NCBI RefSeq assembly: GCF_009914755.1
Contig: NC_060934.1
DNA from: the human T2T-CHM13v2.0 reference genome, Homo sapiens
Length of the DNA stretch: 64,000 bases
Reading direction: 5' to 3' (one strand)
Shown here: positions 51,965 to 64,000 of the stretch, one piece after another
How positions within the stretch are numbered: position 1 is the stretch's first letter
How the letters are laid out: each line of letters starts with the position of its first letter
Translations under genes and position numbers: made by a program
The notes under the pieces: model-generated
The model's database searches: none
Told to the model about the DNA's origin: nothing
The model's input: the letters and a program-made list of their open reading frames with translations, nothing else

Positions 51965-52267
51965 CTAAGTGAAAGCGAAGAGAGGCTGGGATGACAGGTG
52001 CAAAGGAGTAGTGAAGAAAGCATGTTTGAGATCCAGAACAGAATAATGGATTGTGGAGGGAGGTATTGAGGATAGGAGAGTGTATGGGTTTGGCACCATG
52101 GGGTGGATAGGCAAAACAATTTGGTTGATAAGGCATAGATCCTGAACTAACTTGAAAGGCTTGTCTGGTTTTAGGACAGGTAAAATGGGGGAATTGTAAG
52201 GAGAGTTTATAGGCTTTAAAAGGCCATGCTGTAGCAGGCGAGTGATAACAGGCTTTAATCCTTTCAA
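51965..52267 (-). pseudogene. pol: HERV-H pol (reverse transcriptase N-terminal) remnant
   Basis: SPYNSPILPVLKP..LVQDL..INQIV.P.HP.VPNPYTLLS..YSVLDLKHAFF; interrupted by stops and deletions. Confidence 0.9.
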
Positions 52268-52496
52268 AGCATGCTGTGGGATGGGATATTGGCATCAATC
52301 GGGGTAAGGGTGATTAGGTTTTAATGAGATGGTAAGGGGTGCATGATCGGTTGCCAAGGAGGGAGTAGAGGTATCTTATACTTGTGGGTTAAGGTGGGGG
52401 AATACAAGAGGAGGACGCAAAGGAGGCTTTGGATTGGGAAGAAGGGCAGCAATGAGATGTAACTGTAATCCAGGAATAGTCAGGGAAGCAGATAAT

Positions 52497-52733
52497 TTAG
52501 TTAAAGTGTCTCAGCCTAATAAGGGAACTGGGCAGGTGGGGATAACTAAAAGGAATGCTTAAAAGAGTATTGTCTAATTGGCACCAGATTTGGGGAGTTT
52601 TAAGAGGTTTAGAAGCCTGGCTGTCAATACGCACCACAGTTATGGAAGCAAGGGAAACAGGCCCTTGAAAATAAGGTAATGCGGAGTGAGTAGCCTCCGC
52701 ATTGATTAAGAAGGGGACGGACTTACCCTCCAC
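52497..52733 (-). pseudogene. pro: HERV-H protease remnant
   Basis: EGKSVPFLINAEATHSALP: the catalytic DTG motif reads NAE, so it is inactive. Confidence 0.8.
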
Positions 52734-52813
52734 TGTGTGAGTTACCTGAAGCTCAGCGTCCGTGATGGTCTAGGGGGCTTTCGAGGCGATTGGGCAGCAT
52801 CAGTCTTCAGCCA

Positions 52814-53146
52814 CTAAGCCAAGAAGATCTGGGAAGGAGTCAGAGAGCCTTGGGCCAGAGTTCCAGGGGCTCTGGGAGTGGCTGCCAGGTGAGTTGGACA
52901 GTCCGATTTCCAGTGGAGTCCCGCACAGATGGGACGCGGCTTAGGAGGAATCCTGGGCTGCAGGCATTCCTTGGCCTTGTGGCCAGATTTCTGGCACTTG
53001 TAGCAAGCTCCTGGGGAAGGAGGTTCTGGAGAAATGTCTGGCCGCTGCGGTTCAGGCATTTGGAAGTTCTTGTGTGCTGGAGATGTGGCTGGGGTTTGTC
53101 TCACAGTGGAGGCAAGGAATTGCAACTTTTTTCTACTATTGTACAC
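52814..53146 (-). pseudogene. gag: HERV-H gag nucleocapsid remnant
   Basis: CCHC zinc knuckle CYKCQKSGHKAKEC and a degenerate second knuckle ICAGLHWKSDC. Confidence 0.88.
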
Positions 53147-54117
53147 CTTGAAGGCGAGGTTAATTAAATCCTGTTGTGGGGTTTGAGGGCCGGAATTTAA
53201 TTTTTGGAGTTTTATTTAGTGTCGGGAGCAGATTGGGTAATAAAATGCATTTTGAGAATAAGACGGCCTTTTGACCTTTTAGGGTCTAGGGCTGTAAAGC
53301 ATCTCAGGGTTGCTGCCAAACGAGTCATGAGCTGGGCTGGATTTTTATATTTGATGAAAAAGAGCCTAAATGCTGTCTGATTTGGGATAAAGAAAAAGGA
53401 GCATTAACCTTGACTATGCCTTTGGCTCCAGCCACCTTTTTAAGAGTAAATTGCTGGGCAGGTGGGGGAGGGCTAGTCATGGAACAAAACTGTAAGCCGG
53501 ACCAGGTGTGAGGAGGGGAGGTGTGATAAAAGGATTATAGGGTGGAGGAGTGGAGGCTGAGGAAGAATTGGGACCTAGCTCGGCCTGGCGAGGAGCAGCC
53601 TGGGGAGGAGGGGAGAGGTCAGATGGGTCTGTAGAAAAGGAACATTAGAAAGACTCAGAGACGCTTGGGGTTGGGACTGAGGGGACAGACAGGAGGGAAA
53701 GAAGGAAGATTTGGGATGAGTTGCATTGGGAACAGAGACTAGAGAGGGACCGATGTGTAAAAGAATGCCTGGACGTCAGGCATCTCAGACCATTTGCCCA
53801 TTTTACAACAAGAATTATTTAGATCTTGTAAGATGGAAAAATCGAAAGTGCCGTTTTCTGGCTATTTGGAACTACTGTCGAGTTTGTATTGGGGTCAAGT
53901 GGCATTGCAGAAGAAAATAAGATGCTTAGATTTTAGGTCAGGTGAGAGTTGAAGAGGTTTTAAGTTCTTAAGAACACAGGCTAAGGGAGAAGAAGGAGGA
54001 ATGGAGGGTGGAAGGTTGCCCATAGTGAAGGAGGCAAGCCCAGAGAAAAGAGAGAGTAGAGACACGGAGGGAAGGGGTTCGGGGGTTCTTACCCTCCAGA
54101 AAAGTGGGAAAGGGGAT

Positions 54118-54317
54118 GGGGCACAGAGATACGAGGTCAGGGCACGGAAATAAGGGATTGGGGCACAGAGATATAAGAGGTTGGGCGAGGAAATAAGGGA
54201 TCAGGGTGCAGAGATATAAGAGGTTGGGGCATGGAAATAAGGGATTGGGGTGCAGAGATATAAGAGCTTGGGGCACGGAAATAAGGGATCAGGGCACAGA
54301 GATATAAGGGGTTGGGG
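54118..54317 (-). repeat. Internal HERV-H tandem repeat, about 4.5 copies of a ~43-bp unit
   Basis: Plus-strand unit approximately GGGCACAGAGATATAAGAGGTTGGGGCACGGAAATAAGGGATT. Confidence 0.85.
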
Positions 54318-54892
54318 TAATTATCCCTCCCCTAGAAAAGTGGGACTTGCTGCTAAGGGTGAAGAAGAAGGGGTTGGGGGTTTCTTGCCCCCCAGAAAGG
54401 CAGAGAAGGTGTAGAGACACGGAGAGAAGGGGTTGGGGTACTTGCCCCTCCCACAGAAAAGCGGAACTTGCTGCTAAGGATGAAGGACAAAGGCAGGCGT
54501 CCCTGCATGGTCTGACACCTCTGAAACATGGGTAAATAATCAGAGAGGCATCCCTGCAATGATTAAACACCAGGGGAAGGCTGCCTTCCCTAGTCCTTGA
54601 CCGGTGCCAGAGTTTTGGGTCCACGGATAAAACGTGTCTCCTTTGTCTCTACCAGAAAATGAAAGGAATTGAAATTAAGAGAAGGGAGAGATTGAAGAGT
54701 GGAAAGGAGAAAGTGGTTGAGGGACAGTGAGAGAGGTTGGAGAAGAGAGTAAGAAGAGGCCGCTCACCCGATTTAAAATTGGTGAGATGTTCCTTGGGCT
54801 GGTAGGTCTGAGGACCTGAGGTCGTAGGTGGATCTTTCTCACGGAGCAAAGGACAGGAGGACAGGGGTTGATCTCTCAAGGGAGGTCCCCCA

Positions 54893-54910
54893 ATCCAAGT
54901 CACGGCACCA
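54893..54910 (-). other. Primer-binding site complementary to tRNA-His
   Basis: Minus strand TGGTGCCGTGACTTGGAT, 2 nt after the 5' LTR. Confidence 0.93.
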
Positions 54911-54912
54911 AA

Positions 54913-55314
54913 TTTCCTGCGTGTCTGAGTGAAGAGACCACCAAACAGGCTTTGTGTGAGCAACATGGCTGTTTATTTCACCTGGGTGCAGGCGGGCTGA
55001 GTCCGAAAAGAGAGTCAGCGAAGGGAGATGGGGGTGGGGCCGTTTTATAGGATTTGGATAGGTGAAGGAAAAAGGGGGTTGTTCTCTGGCGGGCAGGAGT
55101 GGGGGTCACAAGGTACTCAGTGGGGGAGCTTTTGAGCCAGGATGAGCCAGGAGAAGGAATTTCACAAGACATTGTCATCAGTTAAGGCAGGAACAGGCCA
55201 TTTTCACTTCTTTTGTGGTGGAATGTATCAGTTAAGGCAGGAACTGGCCATCTGGATGTGTACGTGCAGGTCACAGGGAATATCATGGCTCAGCTTGGGC
55301 TCAGAGGCCTGACA
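54913..55314 (-). promoter_or_regulatory. HERV-H 5' LTR (LTR7), promoter pointing toward lower coordinates
   Basis: TATAAAA at 55043-55049 (minus strand), an adjacent CCCCACCC GT-box, and two copies of the TTCCTGCCTTAACTGAT repeat flanking ACAAAAGA. Confidence 0.93.
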
Positions 55315-56169
55315 GTAATGACCTTTGGTTTAGAAAGCTATGAGAGGGTAATATAGTGGCAGACTACCGTGGAAACCAGCAACAACTTGTAGTTTCTTAA
55401 TTGCTTATAAATATTGCAGTTGGCATTTGGATAGGACAACTCTTCATTGAGCAGAAATCCAAAACATTTAACAGCTACCTCCCCCAGCTTGATCCCAGTA
55501 ATGTCCCCCAGACATTGTGACAATCAACCCCCTACCCACACACCTGTTTCCTAATATCCACTGGCACTTGAGAAGCAGAGTATTAGGGAGGTGGTACTAC
55601 CACCTTGCAGTGGGACTCTAAGAGAATGTTGTGGAGATCTTGACTTAACTTACTAACAACGCCATATCCGAAAAGTGAAATGAAGCACCTAAGGAAGATT
55701 GAAATGAATCCTATGAGCCTGGTCCTAGCCGAGCAAACACAATTGGATGGTGTATTTGAAGTGGTGTAGAACTGATTGAAAGCTTGAACAAAATCCAACC
55801 TGTTTGTAGTCTTGGATGAAGGGCTGGATAGAGAGATTGTATACCATCACCTTGGCGGACCAGACTACTAAAACATCTGAGAAAATGTAGGCACGATCAC
55901 AACTCTGAGATTGCAAAAGGGCACATGTCTCAATAAAGGTGGAAATATCACAGAGGTTTGAGCCTGACCATAGGACTGCAAAGATCAAGAGCAAAGAGAG
56001 GAATCAATGCAGCTATAGAGAGAGCCTCTATAGAGCTCTGATTTTAAAAGGATGTCAGAGTTCAGTGCAATGCTCCTTATATTTGTGTTGTTTCGAGCAA
56101 TTGCAGCTGCATTTATGTTGTCTTTTTTTTAAACTGATTAATGTACACAGCAGTGTTATTTAAAGGGAT

Positions 56170-56290
56170 TAGTTTTAGCCTCATTTTATAGAGGAGATTG
56201 CAACTCAACGAGAGTAAGTGATGACATGAGGTCATACAACTTGTAAGACGGAAAGGAGAACTCAAATGTGAGCCTTTCCACTACATTTTT
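56170..56290 (-). mobile_element. MIR SINE fragment
   Basis: CTCATTTTATAGAGGAG..GAGAGTAAGTGA..GAGGTCATACAACTTGTAAG. Confidence 0.6.
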
Positions 56291-56309
56291 ACTCCTTGCA
56301 GAGAGAAAT

Positions 56310-57240
56310 GAACATATATATATATATAATATTTATAATAATACATATTTTATATGTGCTATACATACACACAACCTATTATACAAACACTACATATATA
56401 CACACATACATTTGTACATTTGCGTATACATATATACACATATTTAATAGTATATACACAGGCTATATAAAACATCAATATGTATGTTTTATATATAATA
56501 TATATTATATATGTGTATATATAACATATATTATGTATGTATCTATACATATATGTTATATAATACATATATGTATACACACACATATGTTATATAATAC
56601 ATATACGTTGTATAATACATATATACATATACGTTATATAATACATATATACATATACGTTATATAATACATATATACACATACGTTATATAATATATAC
56701 ATATACGTTATATAATACATATATACATATGTGTTATATAATACATATATACATATGTGTTATATAATACATATATGTATATATAACACACGTTATATAC
56801 GTATATAGAACACACGTTATATACGTATATAGAACACACGTTATATATGTATATAGAACACACATGTTATATATGTATATAGAACACACATGTTATATAT
56901 GTATATAGAACACACATGTTATATATGTATATAGAACACACATGTTATATATGTATATAGAACACACATGTTATATATGTATATAGAACACACGTTACAT
57001 ATGTATATAGAACACACGTTATATATGTATATAGAACACACGTTATATATGTATATAGAACACACGTTATATATGTATATATAACATATATGTGTATATA
57101 TAATATATGATATATACATATATGTTGTGTATGTATATATAATATATGATATATACTATATAATATATGTATATATGTATATATTATGTATGTATATATT
57201 ATGTATATATTGTATATGTGTTATATATACATATATATAA
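56310..57240. repeat. Compound AT-rich VNTR with 24-26-bp units
   Basis: Arrays of ACGTTATATAATACATATATACATAT (about 56585-56775) and ACACAC(AT)GTTATATATGTATATAGA (about 56785-57080) within (TA)n. Confidence 0.95.
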
Positions 57241-57978
57241 AACACTAGGTTGGATGTATAAGGATATGACATTAGCTTGAATCTATAAGTGCTAAGGCAA
57301 TTAAAACCCAAAGCATCTAAAGAAATTATTGGGATACATTAGATATTTGGGTGGAAAAAAAAGAAAGAAGGAAGGAATAGACTCTCGATTTGGGAATGTT
57401 GGTACAATGCAGATGGCTGTCTTTGAGAAAGCAAAGCTCTTCTACTCCTTTTGAGCTTTTTTCCTTCCTAAATGAATGGGATTTATCTTGCCATGAAAAG
57501 GGAAAGACAGTGAAGAGATTGTCAGCACATTCAGGACATTGCGTGTTCTGATTTGGATGGATTCTGGTAAAATTCAGAGATGAGATCTTTGTCTTTCCTA
57601 GAACTGTGTAAACAATCATGGAAAACAAAAACATTTCTGGAAGAATGAGAGTTGGGAAAGTGTAATTATTTCAAAATTGTACAATAAAATTTGTTTTGTA
57701 AACCAGAGGCTGGATTTTGGGCAAGGATCTGAAAGGGATATTCTCCTGCTATGTAATATTTTTACTTTAAATAGAACTGATTTTTAAAATAAGGCTTCAT
57801 TTACTATAGAATATTCAACATGTACAATAAGGTATGATGATGTAGAAAGAAGGACTCCTATCCAAAGGCAGCCCCCTCTTTATATATGGGCATCTTCCTT
57901 CCAGGGCTGTTTCTGGACATTTTAAAAATGGATTTCAAATGATAATTTTTAAGTCCTTAGAAAAGAAAGAGAGAAAAT

Positions 57979-58100
57979 GGGGTGTAGTGGAACATGTCTG
58001 TAGTCCCAGCTACTAGGAAGGCTGAGGCAGGAGAATGGCTTGCACCCAGGAGTTCAACTCCAGCCTAGGCAACATAGCAAGACCCCATCTCTTAAACAAA
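57979..58100 (+). mobile_element. Monomeric Alu (FLAM/FAM-like)
   Basis: TGTAGTCCCAGCTACT..GCACCCAGGAGTTCAACTCCAGCCTAGGCAACATAGCAAGACCCCATCTCT plus A-tail; single arm. Confidence 0.8.
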
Positions 58101-59780
58101 AGGAAGGGAAAAAGGAAAAAGACTGTTATTTTCATTAGGTTGGGGGCATTATGGTTGAAGTGAAAGGCAGAATAATGCATGAGCTTCCCTCTCTAGAGCA
58201 GAACAGAACCAGGATGGAAGCCCTGCTAATAATGTAGAGCTGTTCTAGACAGTATCTATCCCAAATGGGTTATGTAGGCTCTGGTCAACCTAGACAGAAA
58301 TTCCAGGGGGAACCAACACTCACAAACATGGAAGTGGAATAACTGTCTTCTAGAAAGGCTGCCCTGCAGGGAGCATGGTCAAAGGTATTAGGTGGATTCA
58401 AGACAGACGCTTTGCAAACACAGGGCAGTCTACCCAAAGACCAAGCAGACCTCATGTCCTGGGGGTGATCTCTCACCCATAATTTGGCTGCAGCATGTGA
58501 CTCCAGCATTTGACAACAGGATCTCCATATCTTTAGTCTAGGAGTGTAAATAATTCAAAGCAACTCTCTCTTTGTCCCCCATGTAGGAGTAAGACTTTTT
58601 ATTTTCTTGAGGTATTGACTTTTTTTCAGCTTCACTGAGATATAATTGGCAAATGCAATTTGTATATATTTAAGATGCACAATATAGTGTTTTGATATAC
58701 ATATACATTGTGAAACAATTACCGCTATAAGCTTGATTAATGTATCCATCACCTCACATAGTTACTTTTTTTTGGTAAGAACACGTAAGATCTATTCTTT
58801 CAGCAAATTTCAAGTATGCAATGCAGTATTATTAACAATAGTTGTCTATGCTATATATGAGATCTCCAGAACTTTATTATTCTGAAAAACTGAAACCTTA
58901 TACCCTTTAGCCAATGTGTCCGTGTTTACCCTATCCCCCCACTTCTAGCAGCCACCATTCTACTCTCTGATTCTATGAGTCTAACTTTTTTGATTCTACA
59001 TATAGTATTTGCCTTTCTGGGACCAGCTTATTGCACATAACATAATTTCTTCCAAGTTCATCCATGTTGACACAAATGACTTCCTTCTCTTTAAAGGCTG
59101 AATAGTATTCCATTTTGTACCTATACCACATTTTCTTAATTTATTCATCCACTGATGAACACTTAGGTTGATCCTATATCTTGGCCATTGTGAACAATGC
59201 TGCAATGAACATGGAAGTTCTGCTATCCCTTGCACATACTGATTTCACTTCCTCCGGATATATACTCAGAAGTGGAATTGCTTTATCATACAGTAGTTCC
59301 ACTTTTAATTTTGTGGAAATCCTCTGCGTTATTTCCATAATGACTATACTAATTTACATTTCCACCAACAATGTATAAGAGTTCCCCTTTCTCCACCTCC
59401 TTGTCAACACTTGTTATCTTTCATGTTGCTCATAATAGTCATCCCAAAATATATGATATTTTATTCTGGTTTTTATTTGCATTTCCTTAATTATTAGTGA
59501 TGCTGAGCATTTTTTATGTACCTATTGGGTATTTGTGTGTTTTCATTTGAGAAATGTCGGTTCAAGTCATTTGTCCATTGTTTAATTGGGTTGCTTTCTT
59601 GCTATTGAGCGGAGTTCTTTATATATTTTGAATAATGACCCCTTAGCAGATATGTAATTTGCAAATGTCTTCTCCCATTCTGTAGGTTTTCTCTTGACTC
59701 TGTTGATCGTTTTCTTTAAAGGCTTTTCAGTTTCATGAAATCTCATTTGTCCATTTGTGTTTTGTTTTAGGGGTCATCCC

Positions 59781-59851
59781 ATATATACATACACATATAT
59801 ATATATATACACATACACATATATATGTGTATATATATACACATATATATG
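59781..59851. repeat. (TA)n/(CA) microsatellite inside the L1
   Basis: Read directly. Confidence 0.9.
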
Positions 59852-61672
59852 TAGCCCAGATCAATGTCAGGAAACATTTTCCCTGTGTTTTCTTCTAATA
59901 GTTTTGCAGTTTCTGGTCTCACATTTAAGCCTTTAGTCTACTTTGAGTTGATTTTTGTATATGGTGTGAAATAATGCTCCAATTTTATTTTTCTACTTGC
60001 GGATATCTAGTTTTCTAACATTATTTATTAAAGAGACTACCTTTTCAGCCATTGTGTTCTTGTCATAGTTGTTGAAAATCAATGACCATAAATGCTTAGG
60101 TTTAGGGCTGGGCTGTCTATTCTGTTCCTTTGGTCTGTGTGACTGTTTTCATTCCAGAACCATTCTGTTTTGATTTCTGTAGCTTTGTAGTAGATTTTGA
60201 AATCAGGTAGTGTGATGCCTCCAGCTTTGTTCTTCTTGCTCAAGATAGCTTTGGCAGTTACAGGCCTTTTGTGGTTCCATATGAATTTCTTGATTTTTTT
60301 TTTCTTTTTCTTTGAAAATGCCATTGGGATTTTGATAAGAATTGCATTTAATATGTAGATTGCTTTGGGTCACATGGAAAGTTTAATATTTTTAATTTTC
60401 AATTCTTCTCATCTATGATCACAGGATATCATTCCTTTTATTTGTGATTTCTTTAATTTTCTTTCACCAATGCTTCAGTTTACGGATCTTTTATCTCTTT
60501 GGATAAAATTATTTCTAAATATTTTAAATTTTGGTGCTATTGTATGTGAGAGTGTTAATTTCTATTTTGGATAGTTTGTTGTTAGTGTATAGAAACACAA
60601 CTGATTTTCGCATGTTTATTGTGTATCTTGTACTTTCACTGAATTTGTTTATTAATGCCAACAGGTTTTTGGAGGAGTTTTAATGGTTTTGTATATAGAG
60701 CATTATGTCATCTGCAAAGAAAATTTTATTTCTTCCTTTCTGGTTTGTCTTTTATTTCTTTTTTCTTGATTAATTGCTCTGGCTAGAACTTCTAATATTA
60801 TATTGAATAGAAGTGGCAAGAATGAGTATCCTTATCTTGTTACTAATCCCGAGAAGCTTTTAGCTTTTTATTATTGAGTGTGATACTATATGTGGACTTG
60901 TCATACATATTCTTTATTATTTTAAGTTATATTCCATCTATACCTAATTTGTTGAGAGTTTTTATCATGAAAGGATGTTAAATTTTGTCAAATGCTTTTT
61001 TGCATATATCGAGATGATCATATAATTTTTAATCTTCATTCTATTAATGTAGTATATCACATTTATTGATTTGTGTATGTTAAAACAAGGATAAAACCCA
61101 TGTGATCATGGGTAGTGATCCTTTTAATGTGCTGTTGAATTAGATTTTCTATTATTTGGTAAGGATTTCTGCATCTACATTCATCAGGGATATTGACCTG
61201 TAGTTTTCTTTTATTGTAACGTTTTCGTCTGACTTTGGTATCCAGGTAATGCTGGCCATGAGAAAAGAGTTTGCAAGTGTTTCTTTCTCTTCAAATTTTT
61301 TGGAAGATTTTAAGTAGTATTGGTGTTAAATATCCTTTAAATGTTTGGTAGAATTTACCCCAGTAAAGCCATGAGGTCCTGAGCATCTCTTTGTTTGGAG
61401 GTTTTTGATTACTGATTAAGTCTCTTTACTTGTTAATTTTTTTTTTTTCAGATTTTCTATTCTGTTTTTTGTTCTGGTTTCTTTTATCCATATTTTCTAT
61501 TCTATTTAGTGTTTCTGTACTGTTCTGTTCCGACGTGGTAATATGTATGTTTCCAGAAATTTATACACTGCTTCTAGGTTATCGAATTTGTTGGCATATA
61601 ATTTTTATAGTAGTTTCTTCTGATATTTTATATTTATATGGTATCAATTGTAATCTCTTCTTTCACTTATAA

Positions 61673-62004
<332 letters not shown>

Positions 62005-64000
62005 TAACTAAAAGTTACTCTTTTGTTTATTTAGAAAAAAAACCCAACTCCTAGTTTCATTAATCTTTTGTATTGTTTTTTCTAGTCCCTATATCATTCA
62101 TATATATTCTGATCTTTTTTATTTCCTTCCTTCTGCTAACTCTTTATTATATCCTTTCTTAAGCTTAGTTTGTTCTTGTTTCCTTGTTCCTTGAGGTGTC
62201 ATATTAGGTTGCTTTTATGAAATCTTTCTTTTTTCTTCATGTAGGCATTTATTGCTATAAACTTACCCCTTAGGGCTGCTGTTGCTGCATCCCATAAAAT
62301 TTGGAAAGTTATATTTGCATTTTTGTTTGTCTCAAGATATCTTTTAAGATCACTATTGATTTCTTCTTTGACTCATTGGTTGTTCAGAACTATGTTATTT
62401 AATTTTCACATATTTGCAAATGCTTCCAATTTTCCTCCTCTTATTGATTTCTAATTTCATTTCATCGTGGTCTGAAAAGATACTTGGTATTACTTAAATC
62501 TTCTTAAATCTGTGAAGACTTTTATTTGACCTAACATGTGGATCTATCCTAACAAATATTCCATGTGCATTTGTAAAGAATGTATATTCTGCTGCTGTTG
62601 GATGAAACGTTCTATATATCTCTGTTAAATTCATTTGGTCTTCAGTCTTGTTCGTGTCTTCTGTATACTTATGGATTGTTTTTGTCTGGATGACCTATCC
62701 ACTGCTGAAGGTGGCAATATTGAAGTCCTCTACTATTATTGTATTGGTGAACTATTTCTCCTTTTAGCTCTCTTAATATTTGCTTTATATATTTATGTTC
62801 TTAATATTGAGGGCATAACTATTTACAATTTTATGTCCTTTTGATGAATTGATATCTTTATCATTGTCTCTTGTGGCAGTTTTTGATTTAACATCTCTTT
62901 TGTCTGATATAGTTACGGCTACTCCTGCTCTCTTTTGGACTATTTTTGCAGGGACTATCTTTTTCCATCCTTTCACTTTCAGCATATGAGTGTCCTTAAA
63001 GCTAAGGTTAAGTCTTTTGTAAAGAACATATAGTTTGATCTTTAAAAAAAAAAATCCATTCAACCACTATATGTCTTTTGATTGAAGAATGTAATCCATA
63101 CATTTAAAGTAATTATTTACAGGTAAAGATTTACTATTGCCATTTTATTGTTTTCTATTTTATAGCCCTTTTCTTCTTTTCTTCCTCTCTTGTTGCCTTC
63201 TTTTTGATTTGATAATTTTTTGTCGTGATTTGCTTTAACTTCTTTATCTTTATGTCTACCATCAATTTTTCCTTCGTGGTTACCACTAAGCTTACATAAG
63301 ACATCTTCAAGTCATAGCATATGTTTTAAACTGATAACAATGTAACTTCCTCCACATACAAAAACTACACTTTAACTTGTCTTCTCATATTTTTTGTAGA
63401 TGACTTCACAATTTTATCTTTTTTATTATGTATTCATTAATAAATTATTATAGCTATATTTCCAATACCTTTGTCTTTAAACTTTTATACTAGAGTTAAA
63501 AGTGAGTTGTGGAGCACTATTGGAATATAAGAATAGCTGAGTGTGATTGCATTCTGACCTTTACAGTGAGTTTAATTCTTTCATATATTTTCGCGTTGTT
63601 AGTTTCTATCATTTCATTTCAACTTAAAGGTTCTCTTTACCATTTCTTGTGAGGTAGTCCTAATGGTGATGAACTCCCTCATCTTTTGTTTGTCTGGGAA
63701 ATTCTGTCTCTCTTTTTCATTGTAAAAGTCAACTTGGCTAGTTATAGTATTCTTGGTCATTGCTGGTTTACTTTCAACACTTTGAATTTATTATTTGTCT
63801 CTCTTTTGCCCTATAAGGTTCCTGCTGAGAAACACCCTGGTAGCCTTACAGACCTTCCCTTTCATGTCATGAGTAGATTTTTGTCTTGCTGCTCTCAAAT
63901 TTCTCGCTATGTCTTTGACTTCAGAGAATTTGTTAATAACATGTTTTTGTGATGATCTCTTTATGTCTAAACTACTTGGGATTCTTTGGGCGTCATGGAT

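Larger units (their letters stand above)
49583..55314 (-). mobile_element. HERV-H provirus, common internally deleted ~5.7-kb form, with two LTR7-type LTRs
   Basis: Two 402-bp direct repeats; perfect TSD GTAAT (49578-49582 and 55315-55319); His PBS; polypurine tract AAGAAGACAGGAA before the 3' LTR; gag/pro/pol remnants. Confidence 0.97.

Noticed and set aside
49985-54892. HERV-H as a coding-competent or novel retrovirus
   Set aside because: Frames are fragmented, the protease active site is lost, and pol/env are largely deleted; this is the common defective form
56585-57080. Regularly spaced 24-26-bp repeats as a CRISPR-like array
   Set aside because: Head-to-tail tandem units without unique spacers, in primate DNA; it is a VNTR

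Overview
This is primate genomic DNA (human or great-ape-like): AT-rich, CpG-depleted and repeat-dense, so intronic or intergenic. I can support no cellular protein-coding exon. The ORF track consists of Alu, L1, LTR and microsatellite translations, HERV-H gag/pro/pol remnants, and chance ORFs. The dominant feature is a 5.7-kb two-LTR HERV-H provirus on the minus strand (49583-55314). It has a perfect GTAAT target-site duplication (TSD), a tRNA-His primer-binding site (PBS), LTR7-type LTRs about 4% diverged, and intact TATA, poly(A) and canonical splice signals. About 3.5 kb downstream on the same strand is a well-flanked non-coding exon candidate (45976-46080), so an LTR7-driven spliced lncRNA is the best 'system' hypothesis. 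Also present are about 12 Alus, THE1, MLT1 and MLT2A solo LTRs, a multi-layer nested L1/LTR/Alu stack at 9.3-13.9 kb, a long minus-strand L1MA at the right end, L2/MIR/hAT fossils, microsatellites and an AT-rich VNTR. A few unique-sequence blocks look regulatory (a near-consensus RFX X-box and a CpG-retaining patch). Subfamily calls come from remembered consensus sequences, not from a search, and I cannot identify the locus.
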